Assembly: GCA_963555825.3 (NCBI GenBank)
Contig: CAUVXB020000002.1
Coordinates: 2,720,001-2,784,000, forward strand
Direction: 5' to 3'
Source of the DNA: Alphaproteobacteria bacterium
Lineage (GTDB): Bacteria > Pseudomonadota > Alphaproteobacteria > JAAXGF01
DNA length: 64,000 nt
The notes beneath the pieces are model-generated. The model was not told the origin of the DNA, did not search any database, and was given only the letters and a program-made list of their open reading frames with translations. Below are positions 1 to 13,562 of this stretch, piece by piece. How positions within the stretch are numbered: position 1 is the first letter of the stretch; every line of letters starts with the position of its first letter. The position numbers were made by a program, and so were the translations under genes.

Positions 1-717
1 CACCGACGGCCGGGCGTCGAGGTCGTCCTCGGCCGCCGCGCCGAGGCCCAAGAGCACGTCGGCGTCGATCGCGCCGTGGCGCGCGCGCACCGTCTTGACC
101 GCCGGGCGGAGCCGCGCCGCGACGTCGCGGCTGACGCGTTCGAGATCGTCGGCGTCCATCAGATCGGTCTTGTTGAGCACCACCATGTCGGCGCAGGCGA
201 GCTGGTCCTCGTAGAGCTCCTCCAAGGGCGCGTCATGGTCGAGCATCGGGTCGGCGGCGCGCTGGGCGGCGACGGCCGCCGGGTCGTCGGCGAAGCGGCC
301 CTCGGCGACGGCGGCGCAGTCGATCACCGTGATCACCCCGTCGACCGTCAGGCGGGTGCGGATCTCGGGCCAGTTGAAGGCCCGCACCAAGGGTTTCGGC
401 AACGCCAGGCCGGAGGTCTCGATGACGATGTGGTCGGGCTTGTCGTCGCGCGCCAGCAGCGCCTCGATGGTCGGCACGAAGTCGTCGGCGACGGTGCAGC
501 AGATGCAGCCGTTGGCGAGTTCGACGATGTCCTGGCAGCTCTCGTTGCCGCAGGCCTCGAGCACCTCGCCGTCGACGCCGAGGTCGCCGAACTCGTTGAT
601 GATCAGCGCCAGCTTCCTGCCGTTCGCGGTCGCCAACAGATGGCGGATCATGCTGGTCTTGCCGGCGCCGAGGAAGCCGGTGATTACCGTGGTGGGTATT
701 TTCGCGGTCGAGCTCAT
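1..717 (-). CDS. cobW: CobW cobalamin-biosynthesis G3E GTPase (3' end outside window)
   Basis: Manual translation from ATG 717: MSSTAKIPTTVITGFLGAGKT (Walker A), LIINEFG, ELANGCICCTV (CxCC), IVIETSGLALPKPL, VVLNKTDL. Start overlaps the cobU stop. Absent from the ORF track because it runs off the edge. Confidence 0.93.
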   Translation of the reverse strand, partial: MSSTAKIPTTVITGFLGAGKTSMIRHLLATANGRKLALIINEFGDLGVDGEVLEACGNESCQDIVELANGCICCTVADDFVPTIEALLARDDKPDHIVIETSGLALPKPLVRAFNWPEIRTRLTVDGVITVIDCAAVAEGRFADDPAAVAAQRAADPMLDHDAPLEELYEDQLACADMVVLNKTDLMDADDLERVSRDVAARLRPAVKTVRARHGAIDADVLLGLGAAAEDDLDARPSV

Positions 718-1277
718 GGGCGGGCCTCGGGTGACTTGAGGTGAAGCGGCAGGCCGGCCGCGATGAAGACGACCGATTGGGCGGCCACCGCGATGGCTTG
801 GTTGAGCCGCCCGGCGGCGTCGCGGAAGGCGCGCGCCAGCGCGTTGTCGGGCACGATGCCGAGGCCGACTTCGTTGGACACCATGACGACCGGGCCGGTG
901 AGGGTGGGCAGCGCATCGCTCAACGCCGCGGTCTCGGCGTCGACGTCGCGCCCGGCGTCGATCAGGTTGGCGAGCCAGAGCGTCAGACAGTCGACCAGGA
1001 CGGCGCGGTCGGCGGCGGCGTTGTCGCGCAGCCCGGCGACCAGCTCGAGCGGCGCCTCGACGGTGTGCCAGCGGTTGACGCGGCGCGCGCGGTGATCGGC
1101 GATGCGGGCGGCCATCTCGGCGTCGCGCGCCTCGGCCGTCGCCAGATAGACGCAGGCGCCATCGACGCAGGCGCCCGGCTGGCTCTCGACCAGGCGCTCG
1201 GCGAACCGGCTCTTGCCTGAACGGGCGCCGCCCAACACGAGCGTCAGGCGCGGCAGCGCGGCGGTGGTCGCGGACAT
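714..1277 (-). CDS. cobU: Bifunctional adenosylcobinamide kinase / cobinamide-phosphate guanylyltransferase (CobU/CobP)
   Basis: LVLGGARSGKSRFAE, RIADHRARR..W.T.E, VLVDCLTLWL, VSNEVGLGIVP, RAFRDAAGRLNQ. GGAGG RBS before ATG 1277. Confidence 0.95.
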   Translation of the reverse strand: MSATTAALPRLTLVLGGARSGKSRFAERLVESQPGACVDGACVYLATAEARDAEMAARIADHRARRVNRWHTVEAPLELVAGLRDNAAADRAVLVDCLTLWLANLIDAGRDVDAETAALSDALPTLTGPVVMVSNEVGLGIVPDNALARAFRDAAGRLNQAIAVAAQSVVFIAAGLPLHLKSPEARP

Positions 1278-1314
1278 GGGCCGATCCTCCCTCCGAGGAC
1301 ATCGTTGCGTCGGC

Positions 1315-1470
1315 CTGAGGAAGTGTCCTGGCTCGGGGTCGTCGGCTCCGGCGCCTTCCCAACGCTTGCGCATCAGTGGCCGCTGCCGGAGCCTCGCCGC
1401 TTACAGTTGCGGGGGCAGCGCCGGCCTGGCCCCTTTCGGGGCGTCACCGGCTTCCTTCCATTCGGGCGCG
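1315..1470 (-). promoter_or_regulatory. Cobalamin (AdoCbl) riboswitch
   Basis: Minus strand has, in order, GGAAGCCGGTG, CTGCCCCCGCAACTGTAA (1418-1401), GCCACTG (1380-1374), GGGAAGG (1360-1354) and B12-box AGCCAGGA (1333-1326), directly upstream of cobU-cobW. Confidence 0.93.
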
Positions 1471-1525
1471 GCACTCTAGCACGCGGCGTTCCGCCGGCAC
1501 CAGCGCGGCGTTGCGGAATCGGCGG

Positions 1526-1581
1526 GTGTTTCGGCTTGAAAATCGATGCGGCTCGAAAGCACGACGCGGACCCGAATGTCT
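1526..1581. repeat. Left arm of a foldback repeat (inverted relative to the 3' parts of 2999-3080 and 5009-5092)
   Basis: Reverse complement ...GCTTTCGAGCCGCATCGATTTTCAAGCCGAAACAC matches GCTTTCGAGCCGCATCGAATTTCAAACCGAAAC ending at 3080. Confidence 0.85.
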
Positions 1582-1599
1582 TGTGTGGATGGCTCCCGC

Positions 1600-1844
1600 G
1601 TTGCAAGGACTTTTTTCGGCGTAGCGACCTAGTCAGGTACAGTCTTGTGTCCGGCCTGTTGATGCGGTTTTGTTGAACCGCTGGCCCTGATGGTATCCGT
1701 GGATCGGGTCCCTATCTGCTTAGCGGGCTCGAACACCCAGGACGTTCGTCGGGTTGTCCCGATCCCCGGTCTGACCGGTTCGCCATCACGTCTCGTCGTC
1801 CTTGCAATCGTCGAAAGGCGTTGTGCCTTCGAGCGATCAATTCG
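1600..1844 (-). ncRNA. Putative bridge/seekRNA region of the IS1111 element
   Basis: Non-coding region downstream of tnp with segments matching the element's circle junction (1643-1650, 1661-1668) and the target site (1715-1722, 1740-1748). RNA ends are unknown. Confidence 0.65.
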
Positions 1845-2879
1845 TCATGCGGTCCTCTCAGTTGCGGGTCGGTGAGCGCGGTAGGCCTCGCCACGGGTCA
1901 TGATGACCCAGGCGATCCGCGCGGCCTTGTTGGCCATGGCCACGGCGACCAGCTTGTTGGGCTTGCTTACCAGCAAGTTGGTGATCCAGGGGTGAACCTC
2001 GGGCTTGCGCCGTGCCGATTGAAGCTGTGATGTCATGCCGATCACCAGCAGACGGCGAAGATAGCGGTCCGCCATCTTGGAGATGCGTCCCATGCGATCC
2101 TTGCCGGCGCTGGAATCGGCCTTGGGCGTTAGCCCGAGCGAGGCGGCAAACTGGCGAGCCGATGTGAACCGGTGCGGATCGGTGACCGAGGCTGCCAGCG
2201 CCGAGGCGGTGATGTAACCAATCCCCGGAATGGTCGCGAGCCGTTTGGCCAGGTCGTTGCCGCGGAACCAGGTCTTGATCTCGCCCTCGATCATGGCGAC
2301 CCGGGCTTGCAACTCGCGGATCTGCTCGGCCAGGGCAATGACGATCTTGCATGCCAGCGGGGGAATGTCCGGCACCACTCCTTCGACAAGCTGATCGACG
2401 AGCCTCAGCGCGTGATGAATGCCTTTGGCCAGCACGATGCCCAACTCGGCCAGCTGGGACCGGATCATGTTGACCAGCTGGGTGCGCTGGCCGACCAGCA
2501 GATCCCGTGTTCGGTGGAGCGCCAGGACCGATTGCTGCTCGGCCGACTTGATCGCGACGAACCGCATCGTGGGGCGCGTCACCGCCTCGCAGATCGCCTC
2601 CGCATCGGCGGCGTCGGTCTTGCCGCGCTTGACGTATGGTTTGACGTAGATCGGTGGCATCAATTTCACCTCGTGCCCCAATGCCTGGAGCTCGCGGGAC
2701 CAGAAGTGGCTCGTGCCGCACGCCTCGATACCGATCAGACACGGTTCCAGCTTGCCGAAGAACGGCATCATCTGGCGCCGGCGCAACGATCGGCGGACGA
2801 TGACCTTGCCGGTGCTGTCAATGCCGTGGACTTGGAAAACGTTCTTGGCCAGATCGAGGCCGACGGTAGTAACTTTCAT
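1845..2879 (-). CDS. IS110-family (DEDD) transposase/recombinase
   Basis: MKVTTVGLDLAKNVFQVHG, IGIEACG, KTDAADAEAI, TIPGIG..TA, LGLTP..DSSAGK, A.ANK.ARIAW. GAGGAG RBS. Confidence 0.95.
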   Translation of the reverse strand: MKVTTVGLDLAKNVFQVHGIDSTGKVIVRRSLRRRQMMPFFGKLEPCLIGIEACGTSHFWSRELQALGHEVKLMPPIYVKPYVKRGKTDAADAEAICEAVTRPTMRFVAIKSAEQQSVLALHRTRDLLVGQRTQLVNMIRSQLAELGIVLAKGIHHALRLVDQLVEGVVPDIPPLACKIVIALAEQIRELQARVAMIEGEIKTWFRGNDLAKRLATIPGIGYITASALAASVTDPHRFTSARQFAASLGLTPKADSSAGKDRMGRISKMADRYLRRLLVIGMTSQLQSARRKPEVHPWITNLLVSKPNKLVAVAMANKAARIAWVIMTRGEAYRAHRPATERTA

Positions 2880-2998
2880 GGCGGATAGCTCCTCTTGCTC
2901 GTGGTTGATAACAACCACCACTTCGGCACCTCGGTGCCGGGAGCGGGAGCCATCCACCCCATCTGTAATTGGTTAATCCCGGACCCAATGGCCGTACC

Positions 2999-3080
2999 GA
3001 ACGATGACCGCTTGCGGGCGATAAGCCGGCATACGGGCCCGCTTCAGGCTTTCGAGCCGCATCGAATTTCAAACCGAAAC
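2999..3080 (+). repeat. 82-bp repeat, copy 1 (right arm of the foldback element)
   Basis: 70/82 identical, ungapped (counted by hand), to 5009-5090. Its 3' part is the inverted repeat of 1526-1581. Confidence 0.88.
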
Positions 3081-3215
3081 AACGCCGTTAACGTCGGCTT
3101 TTCAGCGGATCATGTCTGCTTTGCGCCCCACAGTAGACCTTGGCGCGCGGTCATCGACACAGTCGCCCCCGACCCGGAGCGGCCTATTGCAGATCCCTGC
3201 TATCGGCCGGCAGTA

Positions 3216-3602
3216 TCATCCCGCATGGCAAACCGCCTCGATATTGTAACCGTCGGGATCAAGCAAGAACGCTGCATAGTAGTGTGGATGATAATGGGTG
3301 CGAAGTTTCGGCGCTCCATTGTCGATTCCGTCGGCGGCCAAACCAGCGGCGAAGAATGCGTCGACATCCGCCCGCGAAGCAGCATTGAAAGCGACGTGGA
3401 CGCGCGGTGTAATGGGAATGCCTTCGGACAGCCAGAAATCACCGCCCGGATCGGCGCTTTTGCCCTGTCCTTCGTGAACGCCAAAGCTGATCGCGTTAGG
3501 ACTGTTCTTACACAGAACATAACCGAGTGCCGCCAAGGTTTTTGAGTAAAATGCCTTACTTTTTTCGATGTCACTGACGGTGATTCCCATATGGTCGATC
3601 AT
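3216..3602 (-). CDS. VOC/glyoxalase family protein
   Basis: MIDHMGITVSDIEKSKAFY, HVAFNA, GIDNGAPKLR.HYHPHYYAAFLLDPDGYNIEAVCH. Confidence 0.92.
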   Translation of the reverse strand: MIDHMGITVSDIEKSKAFYSKTLAALGYVLCKNSPNAISFGVHEGQGKSADPGGDFWLSEGIPITPRVHVAFNAASRADVDAFFAAGLAADGIDNGAPKLRTHYHPHYYAAFLLDPDGYNIEAVCHAG

Positions 3603-3644
3603 CGATTGCCCTCATAAATCGAGAAGTTTCTGTAGCTTGTCGGG

Positions 3645-3756
3645 ATCGTCCTACGGCGCGCGCGCCGTGCAGCACCAGGCCGTTGACCGCATGGGCCAGC
3701 GCGAAGCCCGGGTCGGCCTCGACCGCCCCCTTGAGGCCCGGCATGACCGCCGTCAT
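3645..3756 (-). pseudogene. Short fragment resembling a TPR-protein N-terminus
   Basis: ATG immediately after the ADH stop reads LKGAVEADPGFALAHA, then loses resemblance to any recognisable protein. Confidence 0.3.
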
Positions 3757-3757
3757 C

Positions 3758-4852
3758 TTACGGCACGATGGCGGCGCGCAGCACCGAGCGGTCGGCCGCG
3801 CGGGCAAACGCTTCGTCCATCTGGTCGAGCGAAAACTTCGAATCGACGATCGCCGCGAACGGAAACCGCTCGCGGTTGCTCATCACGAAGTCCAGTGCCT
3901 GGATCAGATGGCGCGGATGATAGTTGTGGACGCCCATGATAGTGATCCAGCCGCGCAGGATGTCGTTGCCGTCGAGCGTGAACCTGGCGCCCGGGTTGAC
4001 GAGACCGCCAATCACGTAGCGGCCGCCGATGCGCAGCATGCGGATGCCGAGCGGCACGGCGTCCGGATGGCCACAGACCTCGATGCCGACGTCCGCGCCG
4101 TCGGGCGGGCACTCGGCGCGGACGGCGGCGACCAGATCGTCTTCGCCCATGGCGCCGATGTCGAAGGTGACGTCGGCGCCGAACTTGCGGGCGATGGCCA
4201 AGCGGTCGGCCACCGCATCCAGACCGATGACACGGCGCGCGCCACGCGCCTTGGCTATGGCGCAGCCGTACAGACCGAGCAACCCGAGTCCCTGCACGAC
4301 GACCGTATCACCGACATCGATGCCGGCCGCCTCGGTGACCGAGATCATGGTGGCGACCCCGCAATTGAGCGGCGTCGCCTCCTCGTCCGAGATTTCGTCG
4401 GGGAGTTTGAGGATACCCGTCCCCGGCAAGATGTAGCAGTAGTCGGCAAAACCGCCGAGGAAATGCGGGTCGTCCTCGACCAGGTCGTGGCCGTACTTGC
4501 GAAGTCCCGGGGATTTCTGCGGCATGTCGTGAACGTCGCGGTAATAGGACGCGCCATGATGGAAAAACTCCGTCCACGTGACCCGGTCACCGACCGCCAG
4601 CCCGTCGCCGCGCATGTCGTGGACGATGTTCTCACCCAACTGATCGATCACGCCGACGATTTCGTGTCCGAGGATCCCTGGACATGGATTGGGGCGGTGT
4701 CCCTGATAGGAATGAATGTCGGAACGGCAGATCGTCGACATGGTGATACGAACGAGCACTTCATCGGGCGTGACGTCACGTACCGGGTATTCGCGGATCA
4801 CGAATGGCGTGTTCGGTGCGTCGTAAACGACGGCACGACCTGTCTTCGTCAT
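3758..4852 (-). CDS. Zinc-dependent medium-chain alcohol dehydrogenase
   Basis: TICRSDIH, GHEIVG, PLNCGVAT (catalytic Zn ligands C/H/C). Rossmann VVQGLGLLG. Confidence 0.92.
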   Translation of the reverse strand: MTKTGRAVVYDAPNTPFVIREYPVRDVTPDEVLVRITMSTICRSDIHSYQGHRPNPCPGILGHEIVGVIDQLGENIVHDMRGDGLAVGDRVTWTEFFHHGASYYRDVHDMPQKSPGLRKYGHDLVEDDPHFLGGFADYCYILPGTGILKLPDEISDEEATPLNCGVATMISVTEAAGIDVGDTVVVQGLGLLGLYGCAIAKARGARRVIGLDAVADRLAIARKFGADVTFDIGAMGEDDLVAAVRAECPPDGADVGIEVCGHPDAVPLGIRMLRIGGRYVIGGLVNPGARFTLDGNDILRGWITIMGVHNYHPRHLIQALDFVMSNRERFPFAAIVDSKFSLDQMDEAFARAADRSVLRAAIVP

Positions 4853-5008
4853 GATGCCGGTATTTCCCTAGTAACCAACGGGCCCACGGTGACAATACCC
4901 AGTCCACACCGTGATTGTAAGATTTCCCCCGCCGGTGCCGTCAGGCGCCCCAGTTTCAATGATCGGTGCATTTGGCAAGCCCATTCACGTTTATCGATGA
5001 CCGCGCGA

Positions 5009-5092
5009 GAACGATGACCGCTTGCCGACGATGAGCCGACATACGGCGCCGCTTCGGGCTTTCGAGCGACGTCGAATTTCAAACCGGGACAC
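5009..5092 (+). repeat. 82-bp repeat, copy 2; outer right end of the foldback-bounded insert
   Basis: Direct repeat of 2999-3080. Ends CGAATTTCAAACCGGGACAC, inverted to GTGTTTCGGCTTGAAAATCG at 1526. Confidence 0.88.
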
Positions 5093-5104
5093 GGTCGGCG
5101 AGGC

Positions 5105-5145
5105 TTGACTCCTGTTTTGTTTTTGTTCTAGAACAAATAACGAAC
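5105..5145 (+). promoter_or_regulatory. imuA promoter with alphaproteobacterial LexA boxes
   Basis: TTGACT (5105-5110). GTTT-N7-GTTC (5114-5128) and a perfect GAAC-N7-GAAC (5131-5145) bracket the -10 region. Confidence 0.85.
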
Positions 5146-5175
5146 ACAAGCCAAGCAGGAGAGGACACGCCGCCG

Positions 5176-5922
5176 ATGACCGCGCCCGCCGCCAGCACCG
5201 CTCTCGATGCCTTGCGGGGCCGCGTGCGCGCGCTCGAGCTCGGCGCGCCCGGCGCGGCGGGTGTGATCGAGGCGGTGTCGCTGGGGGTCGCCGCGCTCGA
5301 CGGCGCGCTGCCCTGGGGCGGCCTGCCGCGCGGCGCGTTGCACGAGGTCGCCGGTGGCGGTGTTGTGGGCGGCGATGCCGCGGAGGGCTTCTCGGCCGCC
5401 CTGGCCGCGCGGCTGATCGACGGCCGCGGGCCGGCGCTCTGGTGCCTCGCGCGCGGCGATCTCCACGGCCCCGGCCTCGGCGTCTTCGGGCTCGATCCCG
5501 ACCGGCTGATCGTCGTGCGTGCGCGCAAATCCCACGACGTCCTGTGGGCGATGGAGGAGGGGCTGCGCTCGGGCCGCCCGGGCGCCGTGTTGGGCGAGCC
5601 GCGCGCGCTCGATCTGACCGCCGGGCGCCGGCTGCAGCTCGCCGCGCGCGCCGGCGGCGTCGCCTGCCTGGTGCTGCACGCGGTGCCGAACGAGACGAGC
5701 GTCGCGGTGACCCGTTGGCGCGTCGCCGCCGCGCCGAGCCGGCCGCCGGACGGCCTGCCCGGCCTTGGTGCTGCGCGCTGGCGGGTCGCGTTGGAGCGTT
5801 GCCGCGGCGGTGTGCCGCAGGAGTGGTTGTTGGAGTGGAGCGATGAAGCGCGTCATCTCACTGTGGTTCCCCTACTGGCCGAGCGAACGGCTGGCCCGAC
5901 GGCGGCGCAAGCCGTCGGCTGA
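5176..5922 (+). CDS. imuA: ImuA (RecA-like) mutagenesis protein
   Basis: LGVAALDGALPWGGLPRGALHEV, GLDPDRL, VLWAMEEGLRSG, RRLQLAA, SVAVTRWRV. First gene of the imu cassette. Confidence 0.92.
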   Translation: MTAPAASTALDALRGRVRALELGAPGAAGVIEAVSLGVAALDGALPWGGLPRGALHEVAGGGVVGGDAAEGFSAALAARLIDGRGPALWCLARGDLHGPGLGVFGLDPDRLIVVRARKSHDVLWAMEEGLRSGRPGAVLGEPRALDLTAGRRLQLAARAGGVACLVLHAVPNETSVAVTRWRVAAAPSRPPDGLPGLGAARWRVALERCRGGVPQEWLLEWSDEARHLTVVPLLAERTAGPTAAQAVG

Positions 5923-7474
5923 AGCGCGGCCAGCGGCCCAGGCGGGATCGGCTGCCCAGGCGGGGCCCGCAGCCCGTGCGGCCGAGCCAGGGCCTGAGGC
6001 CCCGCTCGTCTTCGTCGGCGCCGAGCAGGGCGGCCTGCGCCTCGCCGCGGTAAGCGCGGCGGCGGGCGTCGAGGGCCTGGCGCCCGGCATGACGCTGGCC
6101 GACGCCCGCGCGCTGGTCCCCGGTCTCGTCGTCGAGGCGGCCGATCCGCAAGGCGACGCCCGCGCGTTGGCCGCGTTGGCCGACTGGTGCATCCGCTTCA
6201 CCCCCTGGGTCGCGCTCGACGGCGCCGACGGCCTCGTGCTCGACGTCAGCGGCTGCGCCCGGCTGTTCGGCGGCGAGGCCGCGCTGCTCGGCCGCGTCGT
6301 GGCGCTAGTGACCCGGCTCGGCTTCACGGTGCGCGCCGCGCTCGCCGACACCCCGGCGGCGGCCTGGGCGGTGGCGCGTTTCGCCCATTCGGCGGATCCG
6401 TCGGACCGCGGCCTGCCCGCGGGCGCGACGATCGTGCCGACGGGCGGCGCCGAGGCGCTGCTCGGCCCGCTGCCGATCGCCGCGCTGCGCATGCCTGCCG
6501 ATACCGTCGCCGCCCTCGAGCGGCTCGGCCTGCGCCACGTCGCCGCGCTCGCCGCGCTGCCCCGCGCGCCGCTTACCGCCCGCTTCGGCGCGGCGGTCGG
6601 CCGGCGCCTCGACCGGGCGCTGGGGCGCGAAGCCGAGGCGGTCTCGCCGCGCCGTCCGGTGCCGGCCTATCTGGCGCGCCGCGTCTTCACCGAGCCGCTG
6701 ATCGACCACGCCGGCATTGCTACTGCGACCGACGGACTGATCGCCGAACTCACCGGCCGGCTCGAGGCCGAGGGCCGCGGCCTGCGCCGGCTCGAGCTCG
6801 CGCTCTACCGGGTCGACGGCGGGCGCCGCACGGCGGCCGTCGGCACCGCACGGGCGACGCGCGACGCGGCGCATCTGACGCGCCTGCTCGCGGTCAAGCT
6901 CGAGGCGCTCGAGCTCGGCTTCGGCGTCGAGGCGCTGACGCTCGCCGCCCCCGTCACCGAGCCTCTGGCGCCGGCCCAGGCGTCGTTCGCGCCCGACGCG
7001 ATACCGGCCGATGCCGGCGGGCTCGGCGCTCTGGTCGACCGCCTGGCGCAGCGCCTCGGGCCGGCCAATGTGGTGCGCCTCGCGCCGTGCCCGAGCCACA
7101 CGCCGGAGCGCGCCGTCGCCGCCGTGCCGGCCATGGCGCCGGCCACCGCCGACGGCTGGCGCGCCGACGTCCACCGCCCGCTGCGCCTGTTGCCGCGGCC
7201 CGAGCCGATCGAGGCGGTCGCCATGGTGCCCGACGCGCCGCCCGTCCAGTTCCGCTGGCGCGGCCGGGCCCATCGCGTGGCGCGCGCCGCCGGCCCCGAG
7301 CGGCTCGCCGCCGAATGGTGGCGCGCGCCCAACGCCGAGACCTATGACCCCGACGATTGGCGCGACTACTACCGCGTCGAGGACGCGGCCGGCGTACGCT
7401 TCTGGCTCTACCGCCACGGCCCCTACGGCCCGGACGGTATGGCCCGCTGGTACCTGCACGGGATGTTTGCATGA
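5843..7474 (+). CDS. imuB: ImuB, catalytically inactive Y-family polymerase
   Basis: MKRVISLWFP, GMTLADARA, RFTPWVA.DG.DGL.LD.SGCA.LFGGE, GPERLAAEWW, RDYYRVED, WYLHGMFA. ATG 5843 overlaps the imuA 3' end. Confidence 0.93.
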   Translation: MKRVISLWFPYWPSERLARRRRKPSAEARPAAQAGSAAQAGPAARAAEPGPEAPLVFVGAEQGGLRLAAVSAAAGVEGLAPGMTLADARALVPGLVVEAADPQGDARALAALADWCIRFTPWVALDGADGLVLDVSGCARLFGGEAALLGRVVALVTRLGFTVRAALADTPAAAWAVARFAHSADPSDRGLPAGATIVPTGGAEALLGPLPIAALRMPADTVAALERLGLRHVAALAALPRAPLTARFGAAVGRRLDRALGREAEAVSPRRPVPAYLARRVFTEPLIDHAGIATATDGLIAELTGRLEAEGRGLRRLELALYRVDGGRRTAAVGTARATRDAAHLTRLLAVKLEALELGFGVEALTLAAPVTEPLAPAQASFAPDAIPADAGGLGALVDRLAQRLGPANVVRLAPCPSHTPERAVAAVPAMAPATADGWRADVHRPLRLLPRPEPIEAVAMVPDAPPVQFRWRGRAHRVARAAGPERLAAEWWRAPNAETYDPDDWRDYYRVEDAAGVRFWLYRHGPYGPDGMARWYLHGMFA

Positions 7475-8108
7475 CGGTAAATCGACCCGTAGGGGCGGGT
7501 TTCAAACCCGCCCCTACGCCAAACAGGGGCGCCACGCGAGTGGGATCGAGTCAAACCCGGAGGCCTCGTCGCCAGCCTTTGCGGCTGCGCGATTACGACT
7601 ACACACGTCCCGGCGCCTATTTCATAACGATCTGTACTCACCGCCGCCGCTGTCTGTTCGGACGGGTTGCAGACGGCGCGATGCACCCGAACGCATTCGG
7701 AGCGATCGTCGGCTCATGCTGGCGCGCGTTGCCGCGACATTATCCCCATGTCGAACTGGACGGCTTCGTGGTCATGCCCAATCACGTCCACGGCATCCTT
7801 CTCCTGACCGATGCCGGTGTCGTCGACCGGCCGAAGGCGAGACGTCATGACCTGTCCGAGGTCGTTCGGGCCTTCAAGACCTTTTCCGCCCAGCGCATCA
7901 ATGAACTTCGCGGTGCCAAGGGAAACCGGCTATGGCAGCGGGGGTTTTACGAACACATCATTCGTCGTGGGGATCCGCTGAACGGGATCCGCAGCTACAT
8001 CGAAACCAACCCGCTGCGCTGGCATCTCGATAGAGAAAATCCGAACCACGTCCGCAAGGGCGGGTTTCAAACCCGCCCCTACACCCGGGACGGCCAGGAG
8101 CAATCGCC

Positions 8109-8112
<4 letters not shown>
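7471..8112 (+). CDS. REP-associated tyrosine transposase (RAYT, HUH Y1 family)
   Basis: RLRDYDYTRPGAYFITICT, FVVMPNHVHGIL (HUH), VRAFKTFSA, WQRGFYEHIIR, YIETNP. A GTAG palindrome lies at each end. True start may be GTG 7540. Confidence 0.9.
7489..7517. repeat. GTAG-type REP palindrome
   Basis: GTAGGGGCGGGTTTCAAACCCGCCCCTAC. Confidence 0.92.
8054..8082. repeat. GTAG-type REP palindrome (degenerate 5' end)
   Basis: GCAAGGGCGGGTTTCAAACCCGCCCCTAC. Confidence 0.9.
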
Positions 8113-11279
<3,167 letters not shown>

Positions 11280-11300
11280 GCGGGCGGCGCACCCCAAAAT

Positions 11301-11329
11301 TTGACGCCGCGCTCGTGCTTCGCCATACT
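11301..11329 (+). promoter_or_regulatory. Putative sigma70 promoter of the mutase gene
   Basis: TTGACG-N17-CATACT, about 30 bp upstream of ATG 11359. Confidence 0.5.
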
Positions 11330-11358
11330 TTATGCTGCGGGTGCGAAGGAATGGGGCG

Positions 11359-13502
<2,144 letters not shown>

Positions 13503-13506
<4 letters not shown>

Positions 13507-13531
13507 GGGCGGGTTTCAAACCCGCCCCTAC
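13503..13531. repeat. GTAG-type REP palindrome; its TAG is the mutase stop codon
   Basis: GTAGGGGCGGGTTTCAAACCCGCCCCTAC followed by AAACACCGTGCCTCTGTGGTTC. Confidence 0.92.
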
Positions 13532-13562
13532 AAACACCGTGCCTCTGTGGTTCAGATTTCGG

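Larger units (their letters stand above)
1582..2964 (-). mobile_element. IS110 family, IS1111-type insertion sequence
   Basis: Perfect 15-bp sub-terminal IRs GTGGATGGCTCCCGC (1585-1599) / GCGGGAGCCATCCAC (2943-2957). TCT core at both junctions (1579-1581, 2962-2964). Long non-coding region 3' of the transposase. Confidence 0.9.

Noticed and set aside
1526-5092. Classical integron with attC sites
   Set aside because: No intI in the window, and no clear RYYYAAC/GTTRRRY pairs bracket the cargo genes.
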